A DNA stretch of 64,000 bases, from positions 16,933,903 to 16,997,902 of the forward strand of contig CM082577.2 in the NCBI GenBank assembly GCA_040954595.2, in the 5' to 3' direction. Shown here piece by piece: positions 1 through 12,400 of this stretch. The notes below the pieces were generated by a model that did not search any database, was not told the DNA's origin, and worked only from the letters and a program-made list of their open reading frames with translations. The translations under genes were made by a program, and so were the position numbers. Positions within the stretch are counted from its first letter, which is position 1. The number at the start of each line of letters is the position of its first letter. This stretch comes from Balanoglossus misakiensis (taxonomy: Eukaryota; Animalia; Hemichordata).

Positions 1-112
1 TCGTCACCATGTTGATTCGCGATCGTAACTTCTTTTTCTAAAAAAAAATTCGTTAAAAAAATAAGAAAATGACACCGATATGCCACAAAATCAATTGTTG
101 GAATAATATAAT

Positions 113-254
113 AGCAATAACCCCTGTCTCAGTCTGGTATACACTCGATTTGGGTACAATTCGCTCCATATAGCACTCGCCTAACGGCTCGTGCTACATG
201 TCTCGAATTGTACCAATATCTCGTGTATACCCGCCTGCGGCGGGGGTTATTGCT
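113..254 (-). mobile_element. Long imperfect hairpin of the bipartite (Crypton-like) element family; partner module probably runs off the left window edge
   Basis: Arms AGCAATAACCCC...GCACTCGCC and GGCTCGTGC...GGGGTTATTGCT; centre CTCGCCTAACGGCTCG resembles the centre at ~50473; GTTGGAATAA at 97-106 resembles a module end. Confidence 0.7.
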
Positions 255-1188
255 TAAATATATAATGCTGTAAAACTGTGAAAGGTTGACAGACAAACCG
301 ATAGATAACACACAAAAGAAAACAAAAGAATTGTTACACTAAATTTCTTCTTTTTGAAGCTTTCTACGTAATAATATTTTTGTACATTACTTAATGCACA
401 AAACTATGACCATTTGCACCAAACATCGGGCGGACTAATGTTATCCCTTTCCGTGTGTCATGAGCAAATATACATGTGCGCATGACGTCATACTGTTACA
501 TGTATGCTGAAGACAGTACAGCTACGTATTACCGATACTTCAACAACTTTTTATGAATCTGGAAAGAAGATGACTATCTCCATAATTTAATTTTCACTTT
601 TATAGCGAATCGTTGCAAGTGCTATATGAGTGAGATTATTTTAATTAAGTATTATCACTTGAATGTTTCACTTGATATACTATTTACCTGAAAAGTGTCA
701 TACTATTGGTATGTTGCTTTTCCACGGGAAGGTCAATATCTGGTTAGATTTTGATGGGCATAACACGCAAAATATGACGCAAAATCAATTTGTATAATTA
801 AAAACTTTGGGTCTAAAAATTGTCATTTTCAAAATGTCATGATCATTAGGTATTTCCTGGACAACAAAATTATCTTAAAGTGTGAATATATCAGCGATTG
901 CTTGATAACAGTCAGGCGAGTTGTTCATTTCTATAACCATCGGTAATCAGTCCATCTTTATTCATTGGTTGCAGCCTGGGTTTAATATAATGTATTGTAG
1001 TCTGGGGGTGGCGGGCCGGCAACAGGATTGGTACTGCAAAGCAACGAAGGAACAAGACACTATAAGTGAGTGTTTAGAAAACTTGCTCCCAGTCAAAAAT
1101 ATTACGGGTGCCATTCACCGATGTTATAAGATGTAATGGACAAATAAGCAGCTTTGTCAATAATTATTTTAATGTGTACATTTCAATA

Positions 1189-1253
1189 TTATTGGTGACA
1201 TTTCAATTTTTGTCCAGGCAAAATTTCAATAGTCATCAACAACGACAACATTG

Positions 1254-1300
<47 letters not shown>

Positions 1301-2201
1301 CCACCACTACCACTGTCACTGTATTGGTATTGTTGTTCTGTTCTTAGACTATTGCATAATCTGTGAAAACAAACATCGCCAACGATAGCAATAAGGCGTA
1401 GTCTTGGTTGGCTAATCTTTATTTTCCTTATTGGCAGTGATGATCGTAAGGAATAAGATGATAACATTTACCGCAGTCGGTGTAAAAATGGGACTATTCT
1501 GTAAGATGGGGCGCATTCGTGATGTGATAGTGAAATGACTTGAAAGCAAATATCTTCTTGGTATTACACTTTCAATTGAAAAGTGGACCATCAGTGTTAT
1601 TTCACGAGTACATAACACATGCATACTGATGAACCGAACATTCTGCTTTCAATGCCGCCAGATTAAAAAAATAAAGATAAGCATATGCCCTTGTTGTCAT
1701 TCAATCTACCTTACAGTACACAAAATTGCAGTCAAATTATAAACGTATGATGTTCAGATCTTTACAAATCTGTCCGGGGGCAGTGTACGTAAAATTATAA
1801 TCCTGTTATTTTAAAGAGTCATTAACTCTAACTACTCAAAATTGTATGACGTGGTTGGTCTCTTTGTTGTGCTGGATTTAGTGTACATACCTTTCGTTGT
1901 AACCAATATATCCAGGGGGTGGTGCACTTTGCTGTCCTGGCGTTGCACCTGGATAACTTTGCTGCTGAGCGACCACCTGCTGTTGTTGATCGTAAGGGTG
2001 AGGATAGGGCATATTTTCGTCACCAACGTCAGACCCGGCATCACTGTCGTCGTTCACTGTAAAACAAGAACATAACAAGCCGACGATAGCACCGCCGCCG
2101 CCAGTACGATGAGCTCTCCTTCGCCATCGCCTCCTACGACCGGCACGGCGTACACGTGCGCGTCGTCTTCCACCACGCCTGCCTCGTTCTCCTCCTCCCA
2201 T
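1189..2201 (-). CDS. Spliced low-complexity protein (~160-169 aa): Arg/Gly-rich N-terminus, short hydrophobic CSC segment, Gln/Pro/Tyr-rich middle, poly-Asp tail. join(2201..1891, optional 1498..1472, 1360..1189)
   Basis: GC-rich exon with acceptor ttcatttcAG at 2222 and donor AAG|GTATGT at 1891 (phase 2). Acceptor gttttcacAG at 1360 continues in frame to the stop at 1189. Candidate symmetric 27-nt micro-exon 1472-1498. Candidate 5'UTR exon 3761-3827 and a further donor near 3985. The unspliced 107-aa ORF is an alternative reading. Confidence 0.5.
1255..1299. repeat. (ATC)15 microsatellite, poly-Asp on the minus strand
   Basis: Direct reading. Confidence 0.97.
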
Positions 2202-3162
2202 ATCGTCCCCTCACACTGTGACCTGAAATGAACAACAAATGCCATTTCAGTATCTATGTTTATAACCACGTCGCTAAGCAAGCAATCGTCCGAACTATAG
2301 AGTGAGTCCATAACTCAACAACTACGATGAGAATGTAGAACTCATATTTTAGTTTATATTATTGTGCAAGAAGTAAGTCGAAATAACCACTTAGTTTGAG
2401 ATTTTGACATGTAGATTTCGAAAAGTATGAACGGTTCGAATTAATCTCTGTGCCGTTGAAACAATAACTTTTGTCGATGTTTGGTCATCTTTTATCCTTA
2501 AACCAAAAATACTATTTCCATGGGTCAATAAAATATGGCAACATTTTAAAAACATTGCCTTTCACTAAACAAATGACCCTTCCCAAACGTTGTTCGCGTG
2601 CAAACACGGCAACCCAGCATCAGTCAGTGAAAGGTGTCAACATCTTTAATGCATCTCACTTGAAAAGAGAGCTTTACACGGATAATATAGAACAGTGACA
2701 TCATAGTTAGAAAGTAAACTGGTAAGCTAAAATGGACTTGTCGCAATAAGCCTCACGCGATAGATAGCAAAAAATATATTTACTATAGTCTGTGTAGGAA
2801 TTGAAAGTTCTCCATTTGCAAGGTGCACTATCTGATAAGATGTAGGCCTAAGTGGGTGGCAACGTCACCTTTAGGCCAACTTTCACTGTCAATTTTTAAA
2901 ATCATTTTAGGTTTAGCAATATTACACACTACACCCCTTTTATAGTTGTACTGGTTTAAGCGATACACAATGTACGTATACACAAACATCCCAAAGACAA
3001 CACCAGCTTTTGAAGCCAAGAAGTTTGACTGCAAAGAAATTGTTAGTGGTAGATGTTCTTGACAGTTCACGTGGCAATGAAAAGAGCGACAGTGCCCATA
3101 CATTGCCTGTAAAATAGAAAACATCAGGGAGGGACCGTGGTTCTAACCACTATTGTTCACAG

Positions 3163-3194
<32 letters not shown>

Positions 3195-3202
3195 GCAAGC
3201 AA
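3163..3202. repeat. (TCAA)8(GCAA)2 microsatellite
   Basis: Direct reading. Confidence 0.95.
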
Positions 3203-3644
3203 TGTTCGGTTCGTAAGATGTGCACGTATTTATCGTATTCAGAGGAAGGTGGAGTAATGAAAAGTAACCTGTTACTGTGACCGCAGTATATTCGTCTTTT
3301 CTTTTCAAACCACCTGTTGATTGACCCGCAGATATGCGTATTCATGTACAAATACTTGCGGCACAGAAGGAGAAGTGGTATAGGGCTACGGAGCGCAGCA
3401 ATTTAGGCCTAATTCATTGATAATACATAAAGAAATTGTTATTTCCGATATTGTGTGTTGTCTATTACTGCCGGAGATCCCACTAATTTCTCTTGCATGA
3501 CAGGGGAGGTCAACACCTTTTCGGCCAACTTGAACTGTCTATACTTGTGTGTTTCACGACCCCATTTTGCCCGGCCTCGTAGCGTCTCCATAAACTCAGC
3601 CACAGTCCCTCCACAAGACTGTGACTCAGCGAAATAGTTAGGCC

Positions 3645-3729
3645 TACCCTGGTATCCATACCATGTGTGTTTTAGATAGATTTTGTGTGTGAGTCTATCT
3701 AAAACACACTAGGTATGGAGACCAGGCTA
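3645..3729. mobile_element. Tiny palindromic MITE with Academ-like TAGCCTGG...CCAGGCTA-type termini
   Basis: ~36-bp arms TACCCTGGTATCCATACCATGTGTGTTTTAGATAGA / TCTATCTAAAACACACTAGGTATGGAGACCAGGCTA; no clear TSD. Confidence 0.6.
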
Positions 3730-6700
3730 GGTCTATGCACACTTTCCATTGTTTGCTTACCGTCACGCGTCACATATCGTCTATACATTACGTAACACCA
3801 CGGGCCCTCCATCGGGGTCGTGGAAACCTGATTACGACAAAGCCATATTTCTTAATAATATTGTGACGATCTCGTCTCCATTTACACAATTATAGGGTCT
3901 ACAACATTAAAACACCACATACAGGTAACAATGTTACCTATTTAACTGCAATTTAGTCATCACGAATGTTGTCCGGCTACCTTACCAGCAATTCCACTCC
4001 CAAATTAAAATCCAGTGTCTTCGTGTTTACGCGTACTGTTATTTGTATCGATTAGGTCCCAATATCAAAGTGCTTAGAGGTGTGTATGTCTGTGCCTTGA
4101 ACAGCGCTGGTGATTAGTGAAACTGCAGCAAAGCGCATCTCAGCTCACAGTTAGCCTAGGTACAATGTATATAACGGTACATATTAAACCATACAATTGC
4201 TGGTTACGCAATATCGGCGGGTGTCAAATATACACTGGGCTTGGACAATGTACTCAGTATGCTTGTTGTTAAGGTGACGCGCCTGATTGTACTAAAAACA
4301 GTAGCATGTAAACAAACTCTTTGATGTGAAGGTCAACCAAATGCACTCTATTTAACTTCCGGGAGGGCGCCACCACAGGGCACTGAGTTTAACGTACGAT
4401 CGGTGAAAAATGGAAAGTGTTGTCACTTCTTTTACATGTAACTGCTGGGGTGGATTTTTGTTTCTCCTTGTAAGCATAAAAATGCTTAATAAAATACAGG
4501 GGTGTTAAGTGTTCGCACCTTTTTAAATACAGGCCGTGAATTAGTTTATAATAAAGAAAACTGCTGAGTGAGCATTTTTCAACCAGTGCAGTGGTTTGTC
4601 TATGGCAAACCAAAGACAGTTAAACGAAGTCCGATCTCAAAACAGAGCGCGGTGACCGTAGTATTTTATTTGACCACTGAATTTATTTTTATTTGACCGA
4701 GCTATGTGTAAACTTTCAGGAACATGACAATAGTAGAAGTGTGTATTCTAGCAATTCTCAATCCTATACAGGAAAAGACAAAATTCCATGCGCTCGGAGT
4801 GCATGCATCGTTAATTAATGCATGGTGAACATAAACAACACTAAACACGGCTGGTCACAAAACTTAGTCAAAATAAGCGACTCATTTGGTGCGATCGCTT
4901 GATAAATATAGGTGATGACACATTTGATATTCAGTGTGCACGAGGTGTAAATATAACTCTATAGAAATGACAAAAGGCAATTGTTAAGCCATAAAGAGTA
5001 GACTACTGTCTATGGCATAGATATATGCTTGTGCAGGTGGATGCATGTGATTGTAAGCGTCTGTACTGTGTGTGAACCTTGTATACATATACATGTAAAG
5101 TTTTATAGTATACATTGTACACACACTGTGTGTCTGTGACAGACATTAATCATAAAGGTACTATATATAGACATATTGTCAAAACAATATATTTAACGCT
5201 TTGATAAAAACAAGTTTAGACAAACATCATTATGGAAAGTAGCAAAATATGACTGTAATGATGGCCAGATACAAAAATGTTGTCTTCCCATTTTTCTGTG
5301 AATCTCTCTGATTGATTGGTGACGTGTGGCTATTCTTGCAAGCCAAAGCTTTACTTCCATGCACTTCTCAGTGCTGCCCTGTGCAAGGCTTGCCAAATTG
5401 CTCAACTCCAACAATTTCCTAGCATATACATGATACACTGCAGACCAAACATTCATGCAACTGTGATAAGTGTTTCACACACACCTGCCCACAATTGACC
5501 ACAAACAACTGTTGAGTCCCCTTCTCCATTTGCACAGTTTCATTTAATAAATGCACTATTGCTTCAGGGCGCAGTGAAGAGATGAAAGGATAAAAAAAAG
5601 GATTTCTTTTCTGATAGAAATGTCAGGTACATGTTATACAAATGTCACAATCATTGACATGGATACTATTGTACTGCTATTATAACGTGGCCTTGTCACA
5701 AACTGAGAGGCAATGAACGACATTCTACTTGAAGCAGTTAAGGTTTCAACTTGAAAACTGGCTTCATTTTCTCATGAAGGCTATTCCAGGCAATTGAAAG
5801 CATCACTTCATAGAATACTATGAATCTACCAATTCACTGAATGCGTAGCATGTATTAAGAAATCATTCAAAATATAATTTGTTATATTGAACAATTCACT
5901 TATGTTGAGCGAAAACAGTGTGTAGGGTACCTTAAACCTGTTCTAGCATTCTATATGTGTCACTATTATTGCTATGATCACTTTGATGTCAATGGAAGCT
6001 GGTGATATCAAGGTCTCACATTTAGTTTCAAATGCTACATGGAATCCCTGGCTTTTAAATTGCATTATTGTGAAACGGAGCATTTGTAGCTATGTCACTG
6101 ACGAGTTGGCTAGGAGCACAATATCTTTCTACCACTTTCATTCATGAATTACTCAAGTGTTTAAGGGACAAATTCACTTTCATGTGAGAGAAGTTAGCCT
6201 GAAACCTGCTGATTTGCCAGAAAAACTCAGTAACAACATCACAGATTTCTAATTGTCCAAGCATTGCTCTGCATATTATGATGCACCATGGTCCACCATT
6301 CTTGCTTGGAAACAGATATATTTGAGCGGATGTTCATTTATTATGACTCGGACTGCATGTGCTGTCCCCTTTATGTGGTCAATACACACTCATCCATGAT
6401 CACACACATCACTGTTAACTATTTCAAGCTCAGAAATCATAATCACCTGACCCCATGGAAATATTTTCAAAGGTTTAAATCTTTTTCCTCTCTCCCTGCT
6501 TGAAAGTATACATCCACCCGTCTTTGAATTACTGTAGCATGGTTTACAGTGACCTTCTCAGATAGAAAAAAAAATTGAGACAGTTCCTGCAATTTGGAAG
6601 CTCTCCACCACTGACAAATGTTAGAAATAACCATGACTGGTTTGGGTAACTTCCAGCTCCATTAGCTATAACTTTTGGCAATTGTTTCAGTAGAAGTATT

Positions 6701-9420
6701 TTTATTCTGTGTATCAACCATAGTTTCTTGTTTGGCTCTCAGTGACAGGGTTAAATGCATAGAGATAACCTTTTCAACATAGCCTATGAGTGCACAATCT
6801 GCACTGTTATTGTATGAAAATTATATTAAAATCCGGACTTGAATGCATTAAATAATAGCACATGACATGTTGACAGCCAAAAAGCTAGGCGTGATGTGTT
6901 ACTTCAGGGAGGGAAACAAAAAATGAGCTTGATACAAAAAAAAAATACTGAAAAACTACTTGAACTTACAGACAGTTGCCCTTTCACTCAATGCCACCCA
7001 ACTGTATGCACACATGCATACTACAATCTCAATCTATGTAAATGTCATAAAGAGTACATACACTGAGCAGTGCAATGCTGAACATCAAGATGCACAAGTT
7101 TCTATCATCTTCCTTTACTAGCATGTCTCCTGGCATAACGTGAAAAGTTAGAGGTGTGAATTAATGGACCGAAATCATGAAAACATTGGGGGAAAACAAC
7201 AATTCCTGCAGGTGCTATATCATCAGTGCCAAACTGCAAGATTTTGTAGGTGAACGTTGAGGGCGTACTATTCAAGGTTTGTAGTCAGACTGGTTGAGGG
7301 CGCACTACACAAGTGTAAACAGGCTGTGATTTTTTAAAGTCAAAATCGCCAGTTATACAACAACAGCTGCACTGAGATAGACCATCAAGTAAAAAAATCA
7401 ATTAGTCAATCAAGATGAAGTGAGACATAAGGCTTTCAAGTAATGAAACACAGGAACTTGAGTGTATCATAAGTCAAAGTGAAATCATAGCTCAAGTCAT
7501 TTTGCTAAAATATATCCAAATGCTCATATATTAGATACAATCGTCTTCAATTTTCAGAAGCAGTTTTAAAGGAATAATTGATAAATTATGCAGTATTGTC
7601 AACAATAGGTATGCAAAATTTGTGCACCCTGTACCTTATTAACTCTGTCAAATACTTAAACAATAAATTGACCTTTTACCATAGTACATGTACAGTTCCT
7701 GTATTTGCAAACCGCTGACTTAATTTTCCAAAAAGGTCCAAGGCTGGAGGAAATTATTCCAAAACCACCTTTGGCAACTTGGGACTACTGCACTCAATTG
7801 ATCGTTGGTAGAAGATAGCAACAGTGCTATGCTGTTTGCCTAACATTGGAGACTTTTATGTGCCATCCATTATTGCAATCAGATTAGTCTATTCTAACAT
7901 GTGACCAGCATTTAAAGACCCATTATGTGCATGTGTGTAAATCTGTGTGTACAAATATTACCTCCAATCCGAAGTTTCAGCGAATTTTTTGTCTGATGAA
8001 TTCAAATAGTGACTGCCTTCGCTTCCTTTCATATTTCATGCACAGCGTATAAGTAGACTTGAGTTTGGTCCCTTCTTTTCACCCACTTTTTCTGTCTTTT
8101 CCCGATCTCTGACACAGACTATGGTCATAGCCATCTTATCAGTTGTTAGGACAACACACTGCTTTATGGCATTGACTGTATACAGTTTTTTTGTTAACCA
8201 GAGTCTATGGTTTCGCACATTTGCATAAGATGATCGTCTCCCTTTAAGTGAATACTTGAATACATACAATTAGATTTGTGAAATGAGACAGAAGAACAAA
8301 ATGTCTAAACAGAAACTTTCTGTTGCCTATTTGCACAAAAAAACAAACAAACATTGATTGACAATGTACTTAAACTGAGCAAAATATTTAGCATCATAAA
8401 GAAAAAATACACAGGGAGTGTGTACAAAATCTATCATTCAAGCTAAATTACAAAAGGCATTGAAAATCAGTTCTTTCATGTTAATTCAAAGAGATTGTAA
8501 TAGCACTCTCTTTGCTTAGCTATCAGAATGATATATACATAAGATTATCATAATTGTTCTGCAATTTTACAGATGTATTTACAATCATCACCAAACTGGC
8601 TTGAAAATAATTTGTTTGTATATATTAAAGATACACACCCTACAGACCTGTAACAATGACTAAAATGGCCATAAGCAAGAGCTGGCATGCGGTACTGTTA
8701 GAAATTTGATAAACTGCCAAATCAATTTTGATATAAAAACAATTTCTTCTGTAAAAATTTATCAATATTCATGACTGGCCAAGTGCACATTGAACCAATT
8801 TATTAAAAAAATAGAAGTCTCATTACCTTCAATAGATTCTTGCTACCGACAGGGGATGATAAAATCTCATTTAGACAAACAATACTGAAATTTTGTACAG
8901 GAGAAAGGCTGAAAAGGTTGGACAAGCTACATGTATCATTGTATGCCAACTGCAAATAGAGAATTGTTAAGCTATAAACATGAGACAAAAGACATGTAAT
9001 AAACCATTTTGTCTCCAAACTCATGAAAGTGACTGGTTGACTTTTTACCCACACTGCATTGCAATATCCTGGGATTTGACCTGTGTGCATGAAGTATGAA
9101 ATTACTTAAAGATGCCAAGAATTATTTGGGATGGAATTATCTCTGGCAGGTGGTGTCTGAGTGGACAAACAATGTCTTGTCTCTATCAAAGAGGGGAATC
9201 AAAACAACACAGCAAATAGTACTAAATCTTTGTGTAGGTCACTTCAAAATAATGTTTCAGGTCCACAGATGACCTCTAAGGTCCCAAAAATCACTGCGCA
9301 GTGTCACTAGAAGGTCACACAATTATCCCCAGTCACAGTGGATATGAAAATATGAAACAGCGAACTGGTCCAAGATTCAGCCTGGAGATTGGGACGGCAT
9401 CGCTAAATCCTTCTCGTGGT

Positions 9421-12400
9421 TCAAATCAGCTCATCATCTTCAGCATCAACCAGTGAGACTTCTGAACGCAAGGACTTGGATTTAGATTCGAGATTGTCTG
9501 TTGATAACCTGCAAGGCAGTTCATACAACATTCAATTAAATACCTCACTGATAACATTGTTAGCAAACCATGAAATACATACATGTACATGCATGAGTAC
9601 ATGTTGTAGACTTGGGAAGACAACCACATGCTAAGATGATGCACTCAGCTCTGGGTTGCTCACCAATTTATACAAACAAACACAATTTCTGGTTTCCATA
9701 GTGGTATTTTTGTGTGAAAATGTATAAACAAAACAAGACACTCTGGATAAATTGTGCACTGAATCGTTTTTGTCAATGTGTGACCTGAACAGATCAGCTG
9801 AAATATACCAATCTGCCCCCTGTTGACCTGAATATACCATTATGCAGTAACATGGTGGAATATACATTATTTTTCATCACATGGGCTTTGGTCCCTAACC
9901 ATCAAAATGATACTGTGTGCATTTGATGAGAACATGTATTTGTAGGAAGTACATGAATTTGTTAAAACTCCATTAGCTGTAACTTTCCGCTATGTTTAAA
10001 CATGTTTGTTTCATGTATCTACTACAGTTTCTTGTTCAGATTTCTAAAATACATGTATGATGAAATGTCCAGCATTTAGCTTATCAACAGAACATATATT
10101 TGTATAGTATAGGCAGCACTGTTATTGTGCCACATTTGAATTTAAGTCCAGACTAGAATACATGTGTGAACAATAACAATAGCCGTTACACACATACAGG
10201 CTCTGTTCACAGGTGGAGTGCTGGGTATATTTATATATAATTCCCCCGTATTTCGAACGAGTGTGCCTGCGTCGCGGACGAGTGATTCCCCGTATAGCGG
10301 CCGTATCCCTCCGAGCCGCAGGCGAGGAGGGATACAGCTATACGGGGAATCACGAGTTCGCGACGCAGGCACACGAGTGAGGAATACGGGGGAATTATAT
10401 GTTTATCACATACATAGATCCGCTAATTTTGATTTTCAAATAAATCTCTTTGTGGTTGCGATAAAATTTGGAACTATTTTGTGTAAAATTGAAGATCGAT
10501 GTTATGCGGTCTATCTGTCAGGTGACTCAGGTCACGACCTGGACGATTCTGGTTTTGGCGAGGACCCGTCTGTCGTGCGTCAGCTGGATTTCATCGTCCG
10601 TCAAGGTTTCACTGGAGCAGGAAACCTTTCTTGTGCCTTTTGCTTTATGACTAGACCGTTTTGCTCTAATCATCGCATCAAAATTTTTGCGAATACTCAG
10701 TTTTGTACCTGTCGCTCGTTCGACAACGCGACGACATAGGCTCAGCACTGACGACCTCGCGACAGTTTTGGTGCCGGTTGGTGCGATAAAAATGTACACA
10801 GGTAAAACTAATCGTCGATCGTCCATATTTACACATACGAAACATTTTATTTATGTTAGCTTATTTTTTAATATCGAAATAAAACCAACAATTGCACTGA
10901 ATTTTGTCGCCCTAAGAGGACTTTGTTTACAAGTTTAAAATAGTTCCGTTTGGTGACGTCAGAGGGATGGGTATTACAATAACGCTTGGTGCAAATTTAC
11001 CTACGTCTGACGTCATACTATGGTATATGCGGAGCTATGTATGTGATAATAGCATGTAGACTCTCTCACAGCACCTCTCGCCGTCCATGCAGGCTTATGG
11101 TCTGATTGCATGTGTGCCCTACACAACACTATAAAAGTTGAGGGCACGTCAGTGAAAAGCCTTGTAGTGAACCGTGGGCTGTGAGAGAGTTTAATTAGCA
11201 TGCTGTATGGAGTAAAATAAGAAATTGCATTTGGTACACAGAACAAAAACACTTAAAATTAATGTCAAAAGTTACGGCAAATGTCCCTTTAATTGAAGAC
11301 TATTTTCCTAGTTTAAACTACTGTACAATGGTTTCCTGATCTAGAATGAAGATGACCACATGTGTACATGCAAATTAATTACACTTCAGATGCCATACAA
11401 TTTGTATTACAGCATGCTGTAGGAATTTTTCTCCTGATGACAACTTGCAATAAAAATATGTTTTGTTTAAATACTTCCCTTTATTGTCCCAGCTGACACA
11501 TACAACACAGTCTCTGAAGCACCATGAGTGAACAGTATAAACAGGAATCATAGGATGACTATTTATTTGGCAATGCATCAGCATGCTTGTACAAGCATCA
11601 TAGCAGTTTGATCTCTGTGCATGCTAAACTCCATACATCTGTTTCTGATCCCAGTGCACAGATGCACATAAATTCCCCGATTGTGTAAAAGTTATACTGA
11701 AGTTAAAATCTCATAGATATATGATGGGTTCGAAAAATTAATTCTTCTCATATTGCTTCATGTGACCTTTTGTTTCTTATGCTAGTAGCGGTAGTAGAAT
11801 TGCCCAATAAACTCACACTTTCCGTTGACCAAGTCTATTGTTTACCAATCAAAGGGTGAGGATAAAAACCTTGCAACAGTGCAATGTTCTTGCCTGTCTA
11901 ATAGTAAGATGACAAGGCAACCCTATGCAATTCATACCATAATTTATTCTGAATAAAAACAGTGACAGTGAATGACTCGTGTCTTGATGGTCACTGAGAT
12001 GTTTTTCTTCAGCTGAAGAATTTTACGCTTTTTTTCAAGATTTTTTTTCAATTTTCAATTTGCAGATCAGTAGTTGAAATCAATTCTCACTACCAGGTTT
12101 TTGCTAAATAGGTGAGTGATAAATTAAAGTCTCCTATGGTCAACACAATGTCAAGACAGGCAGATTTTTGCCATGTTTACAAAATGAAAGTCCATGAGCT
12201 ACAGTAATGGTTGATGATCATATACTGAATCTTTGTAACACAAAATAAACAAAATCTGCAACAAACTAGAATGAGTTCTATGTTCTAAATTTTTACAAAC
12301 AATTATTTGACCAAAAAAAGTCATGGAATGTACTGTAGTTAACATGCCATAGCCCTTACTCTTGTCCACGTTTTACCCATAATGCAATTGCATGTACTAT

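Larger units (their letters stand above)
9968..11288 (-). mobile_element. Kolobok-type MITE copy A, split by two nested insertions
   Basis: 9968-10230 and 11194-11288 are the reverse complement of the uninterrupted copy at 14746-15080; terminus TGTCCCT|TTAA. Confidence 0.8.

Noticed and set aside
3761-3827. Kringle-like words DPDG and GPWCY in a small exon
   Set aside because: They are in different frames, lack the other kringle cysteines, and do not join the downstream ORF in frame.
10142-10938. ORFs of 60-173 aa across the hairpin element (likewise 49300-50412 and 56269-56577)
   Set aside because: They arise from GC-rich palindromic sequence, show no recombinase motifs, and the longer ORFs are not kept open between the two related copies. 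Only a weak resemblance (LTDDEIQ...RVLAKT) to a decayed coding start.
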